Shown piece after piece: positions 1 through 8,111 of a stretch of 64,000 nt of DNA. This DNA is from an uncultured Spirochaetota bacterium (GTDB lineage Bacteria > Spirochaetota > Spirochaetia > SZUA-6 > Fen-1364): the NCBI GenBank assembly GCA_963781885.1, contig CAWAHW010000001.1:224001-288000 (forward strand). The letters run 5' to 3'. The number at the start of each line of letters is the position of its first letter. The first letter of the stretch is position 1. A program made the position numbers and the translations under genes. The notes beneath the pieces are model-generated. The model was not told the origin of the DNA. It worked only from the letters and a program-made list of their open reading frames with translations, and did no database searches.

Positions 1-1201
1 TGTCCAGGATGGAGCAGCGGTAGCGCAGGAGCGCATGCGCGATCCCGGGATGCGTATAGGTGAAAAAAGGCAGGACGTATATCTCCGCGTCCCAGAAGTA
101 GTGTCCCTCGTAGCCTTCACCCGTAAGCCCCTTGGCGGCGATGCTCGTGCGGCCGTCCCGACCCGCTGATTGGAAAAGGCTGTAGAGATTATAGCGCAGG
201 CCCTGTTGGAGCAGATCGTCCCCGTCGATCTCCACGTCCGCCGCGTGCCAGAAATCATCCAGGACCGCGCGCTGCTCCGCCAGGAGCGTCTCGAAGCCCG
301 CCCTTTCCGCGTCCTGCGCCTCGGAGGCCGCGCGCACGGCGCATCCGGCCTGCGCGGTGTCCCGCGAGGAGCAGTAGCCGATGAGCTTGGTCATATGGAT
401 GCTCGGTGCGCCCGGAGCCGCGGCTGCGTCGGACAGCTCGATGACCGTCTCGATCTCGTCCTGCCCCTCGCGGGAAGTGACTGTCGGGTCGCGCGCCCAT
501 GTCCGGGCGTCGAGTGCATGGACGACGGCGCAGGCAACGGTGAAGCCCGTGTTCCGCGTCTGCTGCACCACGTGGCCTCGCAGCCCATCGACGCCCCGGT
601 CCGTCGTCGTGAGCGGCCTTTCGCGAAAATGCGACCCCTTGCGCGGGTCGTCGCCCATTGGCTGATTGTGCACGTCGCCGTCGATGCCGGAGCGGATGAC
701 CATCTTGCCGTGGCCGTCGAGCAGCGTCATGGACCAGTCGATGGCCGCCACGCGGGGCCTGCGGAAGCTTACCAGACGCCGGGTCGAAAGCTCGATGCGG
801 CGGCCCCCGGGCGACCTCCACTGGACGACGCGCTGGAGCGTGCCTGCCCGCATGTCCAGCGTTCGCTCGAAAGAAAGGATCGTGCCGGTGGAAAGATCGA
901 AGGGCTCGCCGTCCACGGTGAAGCGGATCGGCGTGCCGTCCAGGACATTGAGCATCACCTGCCGATTCTTCGCGTACCCGTAGGCCACCTCGCCGTAGAC
1001 GATGGGCGTCTCGTCGAAGAAGCCGTTCAGGTACGTGCCCCTCACGCTGGAGGGAAAGCCCTCCTCGAAGCTTCCGCGGATTCCAAGCCCTCCATTGGCG
1101 AGCGCGAATATCGTCTCATTGCGCACGGCGAGCGCGGGATCGAAGGAAGTCTCGCGGATGCACCACGGCTCGGGAGCATAGAGGGTGCGTGCGCTGCCCA
1201 T
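1..1201 (-). CDS. Glycoside hydrolase family 65 (maltose/trehalose/kojibiose phosphorylase-like), 3' end runs off the window
   Basis: Manual translation from ATG at 1201: ETIFALANGGLGIRGSFEEG...GTYLNGFF and AKGLTGEGYEGHYFWDAEIY, both GH65 motifs. Absent from the ORF track because there is no stop in the window. Confidence 0.93.
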   Translation of the reverse strand, partial: MGSARTLYAPEPWCIRETSFDPALAVRNETIFALANGGLGIRGSFEEGFPSSVRGTYLNGFFDETPIVYGEVAYGYAKNRQVMLNVLDGTPIRFTVDGEPFDLSTGTILSFERTLDMRAGTLQRVVQWRSPGGRRIELSTRRLVSFRRPRVAAIDWSMTLLDGHGKMVIRSGIDGDVHNQPMGDDPRKGSHFRERPLTTTDRGVDGLRGHVVQQTRNTGFTVACAVVHALDARTWARDPTVTSREGQDEIETVIELSDAAAAPGAPSIHMTKLIGYCSSRDTAQAGCAVRAASEAQDAERAGFETLLAEQRAVLDDFWHAADVEIDGDDLLQQGLRYNLYSLFQSAGRDGRTSIAAKGLTGEGYEGHYFWDAEIYVLPFFTYTHPGIAHALLRYRCSILD

Positions 1202-1214
1202 GCGAACGTCGGCC

Positions 1215-2234
1215 TCAGACCGGACCGCAGCTATCCCGCAGGGCGAGCGCGGTATGCAGGAGCTTTCGCGGGCAGGGGGCGGGCCTACCCCGGAGCTTGC
1301 CGATGAGGAGGCGGGCCGCCTCCGCCCCGAGCCCCGGTGCGGGGTTTGTCACCGTGGTGAGGGGCGGATTCACGTAACGGGAGAGCAGGTCGTCGTCGAA
1401 ACCGATGACCGACACGTCCCCGGGTATGGAAAGACCCGCGTCCTTGATCGCCTGGATGGCGCCATACGCCACGACGTCGTTGCCCGCAAACAGCGCCGTC
1501 GGCCGCGGCTTGCGCGCGAGGATCTCCCGCATGGCGCGGTACCCGCTTGCCTCGGAGAGATCCCCTTCCCGGACCCACGCGGACCGCACGGGAAGCCCCG
1601 CGTCGCGCAGCGTCTCGCGAAAACCCTCCAGCCTCTCGCGCGCGGCGTAGAAGGAGAGCGGCGCATGGCCGATCATGCCGATGGCGCGGTGCCCGAGGGA
1701 GATGAGGTGGCGCACCGCGGATGCCGCCGCGGCCTTGTTGTCGATGTCGATCTGGCAGACGTCGGGCCGGGACACCGTGCCGATCACGACAAGGGGGAAT
1801 CCGGAATCGATCACCTCGGTGAGGCCCTTGTCGTCGTCGTGCGTGTTCATGAGGATGATGCCGTCCACGTTGTCCTGCCGCGCCAGGTGCAGGTAGTCCA
1901 TCTGCTTCAGCTTCAGGGGCTGGAGCACGAGCTGGAAGCGCGCCTTGTTGAGCACGGGGGTCATGCCCTCCAGGATGCGGATGACGTACGCATCGGAGGA
2001 GACGTAGCCGGAATGCGGGATGAAGAAGCCGATGGAATTGTGCTTCACCATCGCCACGCTGCGCGCCTTCTCGTTGGGCGTGTAGGAAAGGGCGCGCGCC
2101 GCCTCCAGCACCTTCTGGCGCGTCTCCTCGGGGATGGCCTTCCCCGGCGTGCTGTTCAGCACGAAGGAAACCGTGGTGCGGGAGACGCCGGCCTTGAGCG
2201 CGACGTCGGAAGAGGATGCCCTTTTCCCTTTCAT
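1215..2234 (-). CDS. LacI family transcriptional regulator
   Basis: N-terminal DVALKAGVSRTTVSFVLN HTH; C-terminal IPGDVSVIGFDD...PPLTTV. Confidence 0.96.
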   Translation of the reverse strand: MKGKRASSSDVALKAGVSRTTVSFVLNSTPGKAIPEETRQKVLEAARALSYTPNEKARSVAMVKHNSIGFFIPHSGYVSSDAYVIRILEGMTPVLNKARFQLVLQPLKLKQMDYLHLARQDNVDGIILMNTHDDDKGLTEVIDSGFPLVVIGTVSRPDVCQIDIDNKAAAASAVRHLISLGHRAIGMIGHAPLSFYAARERLEGFRETLRDAGLPVRSAWVREGDLSEASGYRAMREILARKPRPTALFAGNDVVAYGAIQAIKDAGLSIPGDVSVIGFDDDLLSRYVNPPLTTVTNPAPGLGAEAARLLIGKLRGRPAPCPRKLLHTALALRDSCGPV

Positions 2235-2235
2235 C

Positions 2236-3123
2236 TCATCCCTTGACCGAGCCGGCGAGGATGCCCTTCACGAAATACTGCTGGAGCGCGAAGAACACGA
2301 CCAGCGGCAGGAGCATGGAGAGGAAGGCCGCCGCGGTGAGGAACTCCCATCCGCCGCCGTAGGAGTTCACCATGTTGCTGATCGTCACGGTCATGGGTGC
2401 GACCCGGGGCGTTCCCCCCAGGTAGATGAGGGCCACCAGCAGGTCGTTCCACACCCACATGAACTGGAAGATTGCAAGGGAGGCCAGGGCAGGGACGGAG
2501 GTGGGGATCACGAGCTGGAAGAATATCTGCGCGTGGGTCGCCCCATCCAGTCCCGCGGACTCCATCATTTCCCCGGGGAGCTCGCCGATGAAATTGCGCA
2601 GGAGGTAAATGGCAAAGGGCAGGCCGTAGGCGGTATGCGCGATCCAGACGGCGGGGAACGTTCCCGTGATGCCCATGCCGTTGAAGAGCCTGAGCACCGG
2701 GATGAGCGTGACCTGCAGAGGCACGACCAGGAGCCCGACGACGATAAGGAAGAGCACGGTCCTGCCCCTGAACTTCATCCAGGCGAACGCGTAGGCGGCA
2801 AACGCGGCGATGAGGATCGGCATCACCGTGGCGGGGATGGCGATGAGGAGGCTGTTGAGAAAGCTCTGCCCCATGTTCGCCTGGCCGATCACGTGACCGT
2901 AATTCTCCAGCGTGAAGCGGAAGGGCGTCGTGAATGCCCGCCACCAGCCGGTGGTGGAGATGAGGGAGGCGGGCCGCAGCGACGAGACGAAGAGCCCGAC
3001 AGTGGGAAGGAGCCAGAAGAGGCTGATGACGATGAGCACGAGATGGAGGACGCCTCGCCCGGCGAGCTGGGCGGCGAATGTCGAGAGCCTGTTCCTTCGC
3101 GGTGCGATCTGCATGGCGTCCAC
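2236..3123 (-). CDS. Carbohydrate ABC transporter permease (AglG/MalG-like)
   Basis: TM helices, ESAGLDGA EAA loop, C-terminal FVKGILAGSVKG. Confidence 0.95.
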   Translation of the reverse strand: MDAMQIAPRRNRLSTFAAQLAGRGVLHLVLIVISLFWLLPTVGLFVSSLRPASLISTTGWWRAFTTPFRFTLENYGHVIGQANMGQSFLNSLLIAIPATVMPILIAAFAAYAFAWMKFRGRTVLFLIVVGLLVVPLQVTLIPVLRLFNGMGITGTFPAVWIAHTAYGLPFAIYLLRNFIGELPGEMMESAGLDGATHAQIFFQLVIPTSVPALASLAIFQFMWVWNDLLVALIYLGGTPRVAPMTVTISNMVNSYGGGWEFLTAAAFLSMLLPLVVFFALQQYFVKGILAGSVKG

Positions 3124-3124
3124 T

Positions 3125-4093
3125 CTAGCCCCCTGTCCGGCCGAAGCGGCGGATATTGAGCACCATCACCGGGATGATGGCCAGCAGCAGGATCACCGCG
3201 AATGCGCTGGCGCGGCCGAAATTCTGGTAGTTGAACATTTCCTTGTACATCCTGTTGGCAATCACGTCCGTATCGAGGCTGCCATTCGTCATCACGTAGA
3301 CGACATCGAAGATCTTCAGCACCGTGATCACGAGCGTGGTCGTCACCACCGTGAGGGTGGACCGCATGAGGGGGAGGATGATGCTGAAGAAGATGCGCCC
3401 TTCCCGAGCGCCGTCGATGCGCGCCGCCTCGATGAGGGACACCGAGATGCCCTTCAACCCGGCGGAGAGGATCACCATCGCGAAGCCCACCCACATCCAG
3501 ATGCCGACGATGATGAGGGCCCAGTTGTTCTCTGACTTGTTGAAGAGCCACGCCTGGGGCTTGAAGTTGTGGGACAGCGCGCTCAGGATTGCATTCACCG
3601 TTCCCACCTGCGCCGCACCGGCGGGCTGGTACTGGTACATGAATTTCCAGATTACACCCGCCGCCACGAATGATATCGCCATGGGCAGGAAGATGAGCGC
3701 CTTCACCGCCTTTTCATAGCGCACGCGGTCGGTGAGAACGGCGATCAGGAGCCCGACCGTCACGGTCACGAGCGTGAAGACGACGAGCCACACGAGATTG
3801 TTCCGCAGCACCACCAGCATGTTCGGGTCGGTGAAGATGTAGCGGAAATTGGCAAAGCCGGCGGGCTTCGTCGAATTGGCATTGAAGAAGCTCAGGACGG
3901 CCGTGTTCACGGTGGGATAGACCAGGAAGGCGGCCAGGAGCACGAGGGAGGGCGCCAGCCACAGCCATGGCCGCGCGCCGCCGTGCGCGCGGGAGGCCCT
4001 GCTTTTCAGCGCCGCCTCGACGGCGAAGATGTAGCCGCCGAGCACGAGCGGCACGCCCGCGATGGCGACAATGGCCCACAAGACATTCGTCAT
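3125..4093 (-). CDS. Carbohydrate ABC transporter permease (AglF/MalF-like)
   Basis: EAARIDGA motif, LPMAISFVAAGVIWKFMY, TM helices. Confidence 0.95.
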   Translation of the reverse strand: MTNVLWAIVAIAGVPLVLGGYIFAVEAALKSRASRAHGGARPWLWLAPSLVLLAAFLVYPTVNTAVLSFFNANSTKPAGFANFRYIFTDPNMLVVLRNNLVWLVVFTLVTVTVGLLIAVLTDRVRYEKAVKALIFLPMAISFVAAGVIWKFMYQYQPAGAAQVGTVNAILSALSHNFKPQAWLFNKSENNWALIIVGIWMWVGFAMVILSAGLKGISVSLIEAARIDGAREGRIFFSIILPLMRSTLTVVTTTLVITVLKIFDVVYVMTNGSLDTDVIANRMYKEMFNYQNFGRASAFAVILLLAIIPVMVLNIRRFGRTGG

Positions 4094-4110
4094 GGTGTCC
4101 TCACAGGAAT

Positions 4111-4133
4111 CGGGGGGCCGTCATGGCCCCCCG
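4111..4133 (-). other. Intercistronic GC stem-loop after the substrate-binding gene (likely mRNA stabiliser)
   Basis: CGGGGGGCC-gtcat-GGCCCCCCG perfect 9-bp stem; no U-tract on the coding strand. Confidence 0.6.
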
Positions 4134-4146
4134 AAAAACGATCAGG

Positions 4147-5451
4147 TCACGATCCACTGTAGGCGTCCTGCCGGACCTTGTCGAGGTCGGCGAGGATGCT
4201 GTCCAGCTGGTCCGGGTTCGCGAGATAGCTCATGATGGCCGACCAGAACGCGGTGTTCATCTTGCTGGGCATCATGTCGGATGCGTCGAACACGGCGATG
4301 TCGGCGGAGGTGAGGATCTGCGCGGCGCCCTTGCTGAGCGGGTCCGGGTAGTCCGTGAGCGGGACGGCACGGTTGGGCGAGATGCCGTTCGCCGGCTTCA
4401 CCCAGAAGTCCTGCGCGTCGGCGCTCGTCACATAAGTGATCAGGGCGGTGGACTGCGGGGTCTTCTTGAACATGCCGAACAGGTCACCGGCGATCTCCAC
4501 CGCCTTCGCGTATTTCGGGTCGATGGAGGGGAAGCCGAAGAAGTTGAAATCGTCCACCGGCTTCAAGTCGGGATACTGCTTCTGGATGAAGCTCTGGATG
4601 AACGTGGCCTGGAAATGGAAATAGGCGGCGGGCGGCGTCTGGAAGACCGGCGTGAAGGCGCTGCCGAAGTTGGTGGAAAGCTCGTACTGGCTTCCGCCGT
4701 AGGTCATCTTCGGATCGGCGACGATCTTGCCCCACGCCTGCCAGACGGACTTCATCTCAGGAGAGCTCCAGGCGAGCTTCCCGTCGTACCATGCCTTGTA
4801 CTTGTCGGGCCCGTACATATGCAGGAATATGTTCTCCAGCCAGTCGGTGCCCGTCCAGCCGCTGGCCGCGCCGCTTTCCACGCCAACGGCCCAGGGCGTC
4901 GCGCCCTTTGCCGCGATGGCCTGCGACGTGCTCAGGAGCTGGTCCCAGGTGGTCGGGAGCTTCACACCCGCCGCCTGGATGTTCTTCGGGTCATACCAGA
5001 TCAGGCCCTTGAGCGATGCCTTGGTGAAGATGCCCACCAGCTTGCCATCGACGCTTCCCAGGTCCAGCCAGCTCTGCGCGTAGGCCTTCTTCATGGCCGC
5101 CAGGTCCAGCACGCCGGAGAGGTCCACCATCTTGCCCTGGCGCGCGAACTCCGCCATCTTGCCCGGCCCGGGCAGGGCGGCGAGGTCCGGTGGGTTTCCC
5201 GCCGCGACGCGCGTCGTGAGCACGGCGTCCAGGTCCCGGGTCCCTTCGAATTCGACCTTGATGCCCGTCTTGTCCTGGAAGGGGGCGATCATGGAGTTGA
5301 AGATGTCCAGCTCCTGGCCTCCCCAGACTCCCAGCACGGAAACGGAGCCTCCTACTTTTCCACCTGTCTGCGTGCTTTCGCTCGAACCGGCGGCATAGAG
5401 CAGCGCACCGGAGGCGAAAAGCACCATGAGAGTCAGCACAACCCGTCTCAT
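4147..5451 (-). CDS. Sugar ABC substrate-binding protein (alpha-glucoside AglE-like)
   Basis: Signal peptide; AAGNPPDLAALPGPG, ESGAASGWTGTDWLE, FDASDMMP motifs. Confidence 0.93.
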   Translation of the reverse strand: MRRVVLTLMVLFASGALLYAAGSSESTQTGGKVGGSVSVLGVWGGQELDIFNSMIAPFQDKTGIKVEFEGTRDLDAVLTTRVAAGNPPDLAALPGPGKMAEFARQGKMVDLSGVLDLAAMKKAYAQSWLDLGSVDGKLVGIFTKASLKGLIWYDPKNIQAAGVKLPTTWDQLLSTSQAIAAKGATPWAVGVESGAASGWTGTDWLENIFLHMYGPDKYKAWYDGKLAWSSPEMKSVWQAWGKIVADPKMTYGGSQYELSTNFGSAFTPVFQTPPAAYFHFQATFIQSFIQKQYPDLKPVDDFNFFGFPSIDPKYAKAVEIAGDLFGMFKKTPQSTALITYVTSADAQDFWVKPANGISPNRAVPLTDYPDPLSKGAAQILTSADIAVFDASDMMPSKMNTAFWSAIMSYLANPDQLDSILADLDKVRQDAYSGS

Positions 5452-5478
5452 GTATTTCTCCTTTCCTTGTCGTTCTGT

Positions 5479-5497
5479 GTAACTAACAAGAGTTACT
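5479..5497. promoter_or_regulatory. Candidate LacI operator
   Basis: AT-rich palindrome GTAACT-N6-AGTTAC / ACTAAC-N4-GTTACT about 30 bp upstream of an operon that encodes a LacI regulator. Confidence 0.5.
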
Positions 5498-5668
5498 AAC
5501 GCAGAGTAGCACGGGTCGTTTCACAACGCAAGAAGAATTTTCATTGTCCCAGACGGCGCTCTTCATCATCTGACGGACGGAAAATCGCCGCCGACCTGAG
5601 TCACTGACGGAACACCCCGGCAGACAAATGTTTCCCGGTTCGCCGCATGCGGGACGACCCGGCGCTCC

Positions 5669-6703
5669 TCAGGGGGAGACCGCTGGGTCCCGCTCCCTCG
5701 GGTAGCGATGCTCGCGGCCGTCGGGGCCGCGCAGGATGTAGGCATCTTCCTCGATACGCAGGAGGGAGGATTCTATCGGCACCTTCCCGGCGCCATGCGG
5801 CAGATCGACCGCGTAGGTGGGCAGGGCGAGGCCCGAGACGCGGGCGCGCAGCTCCCGCATCAGCTCGATGCCCCGCTCGATGGAGACGCGGAAATGCGAG
5901 GTGCCCGCGGCGAGATCGCCCTGGAAAAGGTAGTAGGGCTTCACGCCGGCCCGCGCCAGGCCGCGGAAAAGCTCCTCCAGCGTGTCGGCGTCGTCGTTGA
6001 TGCCGCGCAGGAGCACGGTCTGGTCGAGCACGGGGATGCCCGCGGCGAGCAACCTCCGCACGGCGGCGCGGAAATCGTCGGAGAGCTCGCGCGGGTGGTC
6101 GGCATGAATCACGGCCCAGATCGAATCGAACGAGCCCAGCATGCGCGCAAGCGCTTCCGTCACGCGTAAGGGAAGAAAGACCGGCATGCGCGTGCAGATC
6201 CTCACGATGTAGCGGGCATCGACCTTTTTCAGCCGGCCGATGATGGCCTCCAGCTCCTGGTCGGAGAGCATGAGCGGGTCCCCGCCCGACAGCAGGATCT
6301 CCTTGATGCCCGGGGCGGCCGAAAGATACGCGCAGGCGTCCTCGAGCTGGCTTTCGGTGATGCGTCCCCCGCCGTGCCCGGTGAAATGGCGACGGAAGCA
6401 GAATCGACAGTAGGTGGCGCAGCGGTCGCTCACGAGCAGGAGGGCGCGGTCGGGGTAGTGGTGGACGAGCCTTTCGGTTGCAAGGTAGCGCGTGTCGCCG
6501 ATGGGATCGTCGGTTTCGTAGGGAAGCGTCACGCGCTCGGCATCGGTGGGCACGTACTGCGCAGCGATCGGATCGCGCCGAGGATCCTCGCTTCGTGCGA
6601 GTCGCGCGAAGGCAGGAGTCACCCCGTAGGGCAGGCGCGTGACCGGCTCGATTTTTTGCTTCGTCTGGCCGGCAGGATGAGGACCGGCAACCTCCTCGTG
6701 CAT
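5669..6703 (-). CDS. KamA family radical SAM protein (lysine 2,3-aminomutase-like)
   Basis: CATYCRFCFRR CxxxCxxC, LLSGGDPL, PYYLFQGD, GAGKVP; start placed at ATG 6703. Confidence 0.92.
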   Translation of the reverse strand: MHEEVAGPHPAGQTKQKIEPVTRLPYGVTPAFARLARSEDPRRDPIAAQYVPTDAERVTLPYETDDPIGDTRYLATERLVHHYPDRALLLVSDRCATYCRFCFRRHFTGHGGGRITESQLEDACAYLSAAPGIKEILLSGGDPLMLSDQELEAIIGRLKKVDARYIVRICTRMPVFLPLRVTEALARMLGSFDSIWAVIHADHPRELSDDFRAAVRRLLAAGIPVLDQTVLLRGINDDADTLEELFRGLARAGVKPYYLFQGDLAAGTSHFRVSIERGIELMRELRARVSGLALPTYAVDLPHGAGKVPIESSLLRIEEDAYILRGPDGREHRYPRERDPAVSP

Positions 6704-6779
6704 GCAGATCAAGATAGAGGAGATCGACAGGCAGGGCAATGCGCGCTCCACAACCGTGGCGGCCGGCCTGAAACAGACC

Positions 6780-7886
6780 TCATGCCGGGCGTCCGTAGCG
6801 CGCGTTGTGCCGGAAGAGCTCCCGCATGATGCCGCTGAGGGCGTCGCGCGGCATGCTCTCCTTCTCCACGAAGTAGCGGCCGATCAGCCGGTGCCGCGCG
6901 CGCTGGAGACGGAGAATGCGCTCCACGTCCTTGGCCGAAAGGAGACGAAGCCGCTGCGCCGTCTGGCCCGTTTGCTCGTGACGCAGACGGGAGCCGAGTA
7001 TCTTCGCCAGGTCCTGGCCCGAGATGCTTTTCATCTCCCGCGCGAGCTCGCCGAATTTCGGCTGCGTGGCGCGCTGCCAGACGATGGCGCTGATCAGGCT
7101 CTGCCAGGAGATCCGGCCCGTATAATAGAGAAACTCCGCCAGACGCAGCTTGCGGCGGGGAACCGGGCCGTGATAGAAGAGAGCCGCGCCGCGGGAGCTG
7201 CCGGATGCATTTGCCTGGCCGCCGCTGCGGGGCTGGCCCGGACCGCGTGCTTGTCCGCCGGCTCCCTGACCCGTGCCGCGCGCTTGTCCGCCGCCGCTTG
7301 CCTGACCCGTCCCACGCGCCTGCCCGCTGCGGGGCTGGCCCGTGCCGCGCGCCTGAGCGCTGCCTTCTGCCCGCCCTGCCCCGCGTGCCTGGCCCGGCTC
7401 CGCGGCCCGGCCCTTTTCTTCGGTCTTACGCTTTTCCCCCGCGCGCTTCTGCTCCGTGTGCCGCTTTTCGCCGGCGGTGCGTTTGTCGCCCGGCTTCTGC
7501 CCCTCCCCCGGTCCCTGCCGCTCATTCGTCTTCGATTTTTCGCCGGCCTTCGGCTTTTCCCCTGCGCCGCGGCGGTCCGGCCCGGGGCGTCGCGTGCCCT
7601 GGCCGCGCGGCGCGTCGGTGCGGGAGCCTGCCCCGCGGCCCGCCGGCGAAGGATGCCCGAGGAGATAGCCCATGAGAAGCTCGTAAGCGCGGGAGGCCTC
7701 GATGAACAGGCGGCCGTCGGGGCGCCCGCCGCCGCGCCGCGCGGCGTCCGGGTGCGTGGAAACCGCAAGCACGCGGTAGGCGCGGCGGACGACTGCCACG
7801 TCGAGCTGTTGGAGGATCGCTGCCCCCTTGGCGCGCGCCGTGGGCCCGAGCAGGAGGGCGATGGCGTCGAGCAGTTTTGCATTCAT
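6780..7886 (-). CDS. J-domain-like protein with long repetitive linker and C-terminal helical domain
   Basis: VRRAYRVLAVSTHPD...FIEASRAYELL (J domain with HPD); Gly/Gln/Arg repeat linker; C-terminal LRLAEFLYYTGRISW...KFGELA. Confidence 0.75.
   Translation of the reverse strand: MNAKLLDAIALLLGPTARAKGAAILQQLDVAVVRRAYRVLAVSTHPDAARRGGGRPDGRLFIEASRAYELLMGYLLGHPSPAGRGAGSRTDAPRGQGTRRPGPDRRGAGEKPKAGEKSKTNERQGPGEGQKPGDKRTAGEKRHTEQKRAGEKRKTEEKGRAAEPGQARGAGRAEGSAQARGTGQPRSGQARGTGQASGGGQARGTGQGAGGQARGPGQPRSGGQANASGSSRGAALFYHGPVPRRKLRLAEFLYYTGRISWQSLISAIVWQRATQPKFGELAREMKSISGQDLAKILGSRLRHEQTGQTAQRLRLLSAKDVERILRLQRARHRLIGRYFVEKESMPRDALSGIMRELFRHNARYGRPA
7200..7400 (-). repeat. Coding tandem repeats (~11-12 aa units, QARG(T/P/A)GQxxxG)
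   Basis: About six QARGxGQ-type units in the J-domain protein linker; boundaries approximate. Confidence 0.75.
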
Positions 7887-8111
7887 GCGCGTCGCCGCCG
7901 CGGCGGCTCAGGAACGATACAAGCGCCGGCAGCGCTTTGCAAGGCCCGCGCCGACGCAGGGACTTATCGACAACCGTTCGACGGTATATGCTACGCACAT
8001 CAATCCGCACCAGGGGCTCTCTCATCACGAGATCCAGGAGCGTTTGGAGGAGCGTCGCCCGGGGACAATTGCGGCATACGATGGCCTGAGAGGCGTGGTA
8101 GAAGGAAAAGA

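Noticed and set aside
7200-7400. 33-36-bp tandem repeats as a possible CRISPR array
   Set aside because: Degenerate, contiguous, in-frame coding repeats without spacers.
6702-8111. Apparent 470-aa N-terminal extension of the GH2 ORF (1240 aa in the track)
   Set aside because: It is the antisense of the J-domain gene; the real GH2 starts at GTG 8112 after an RBS.
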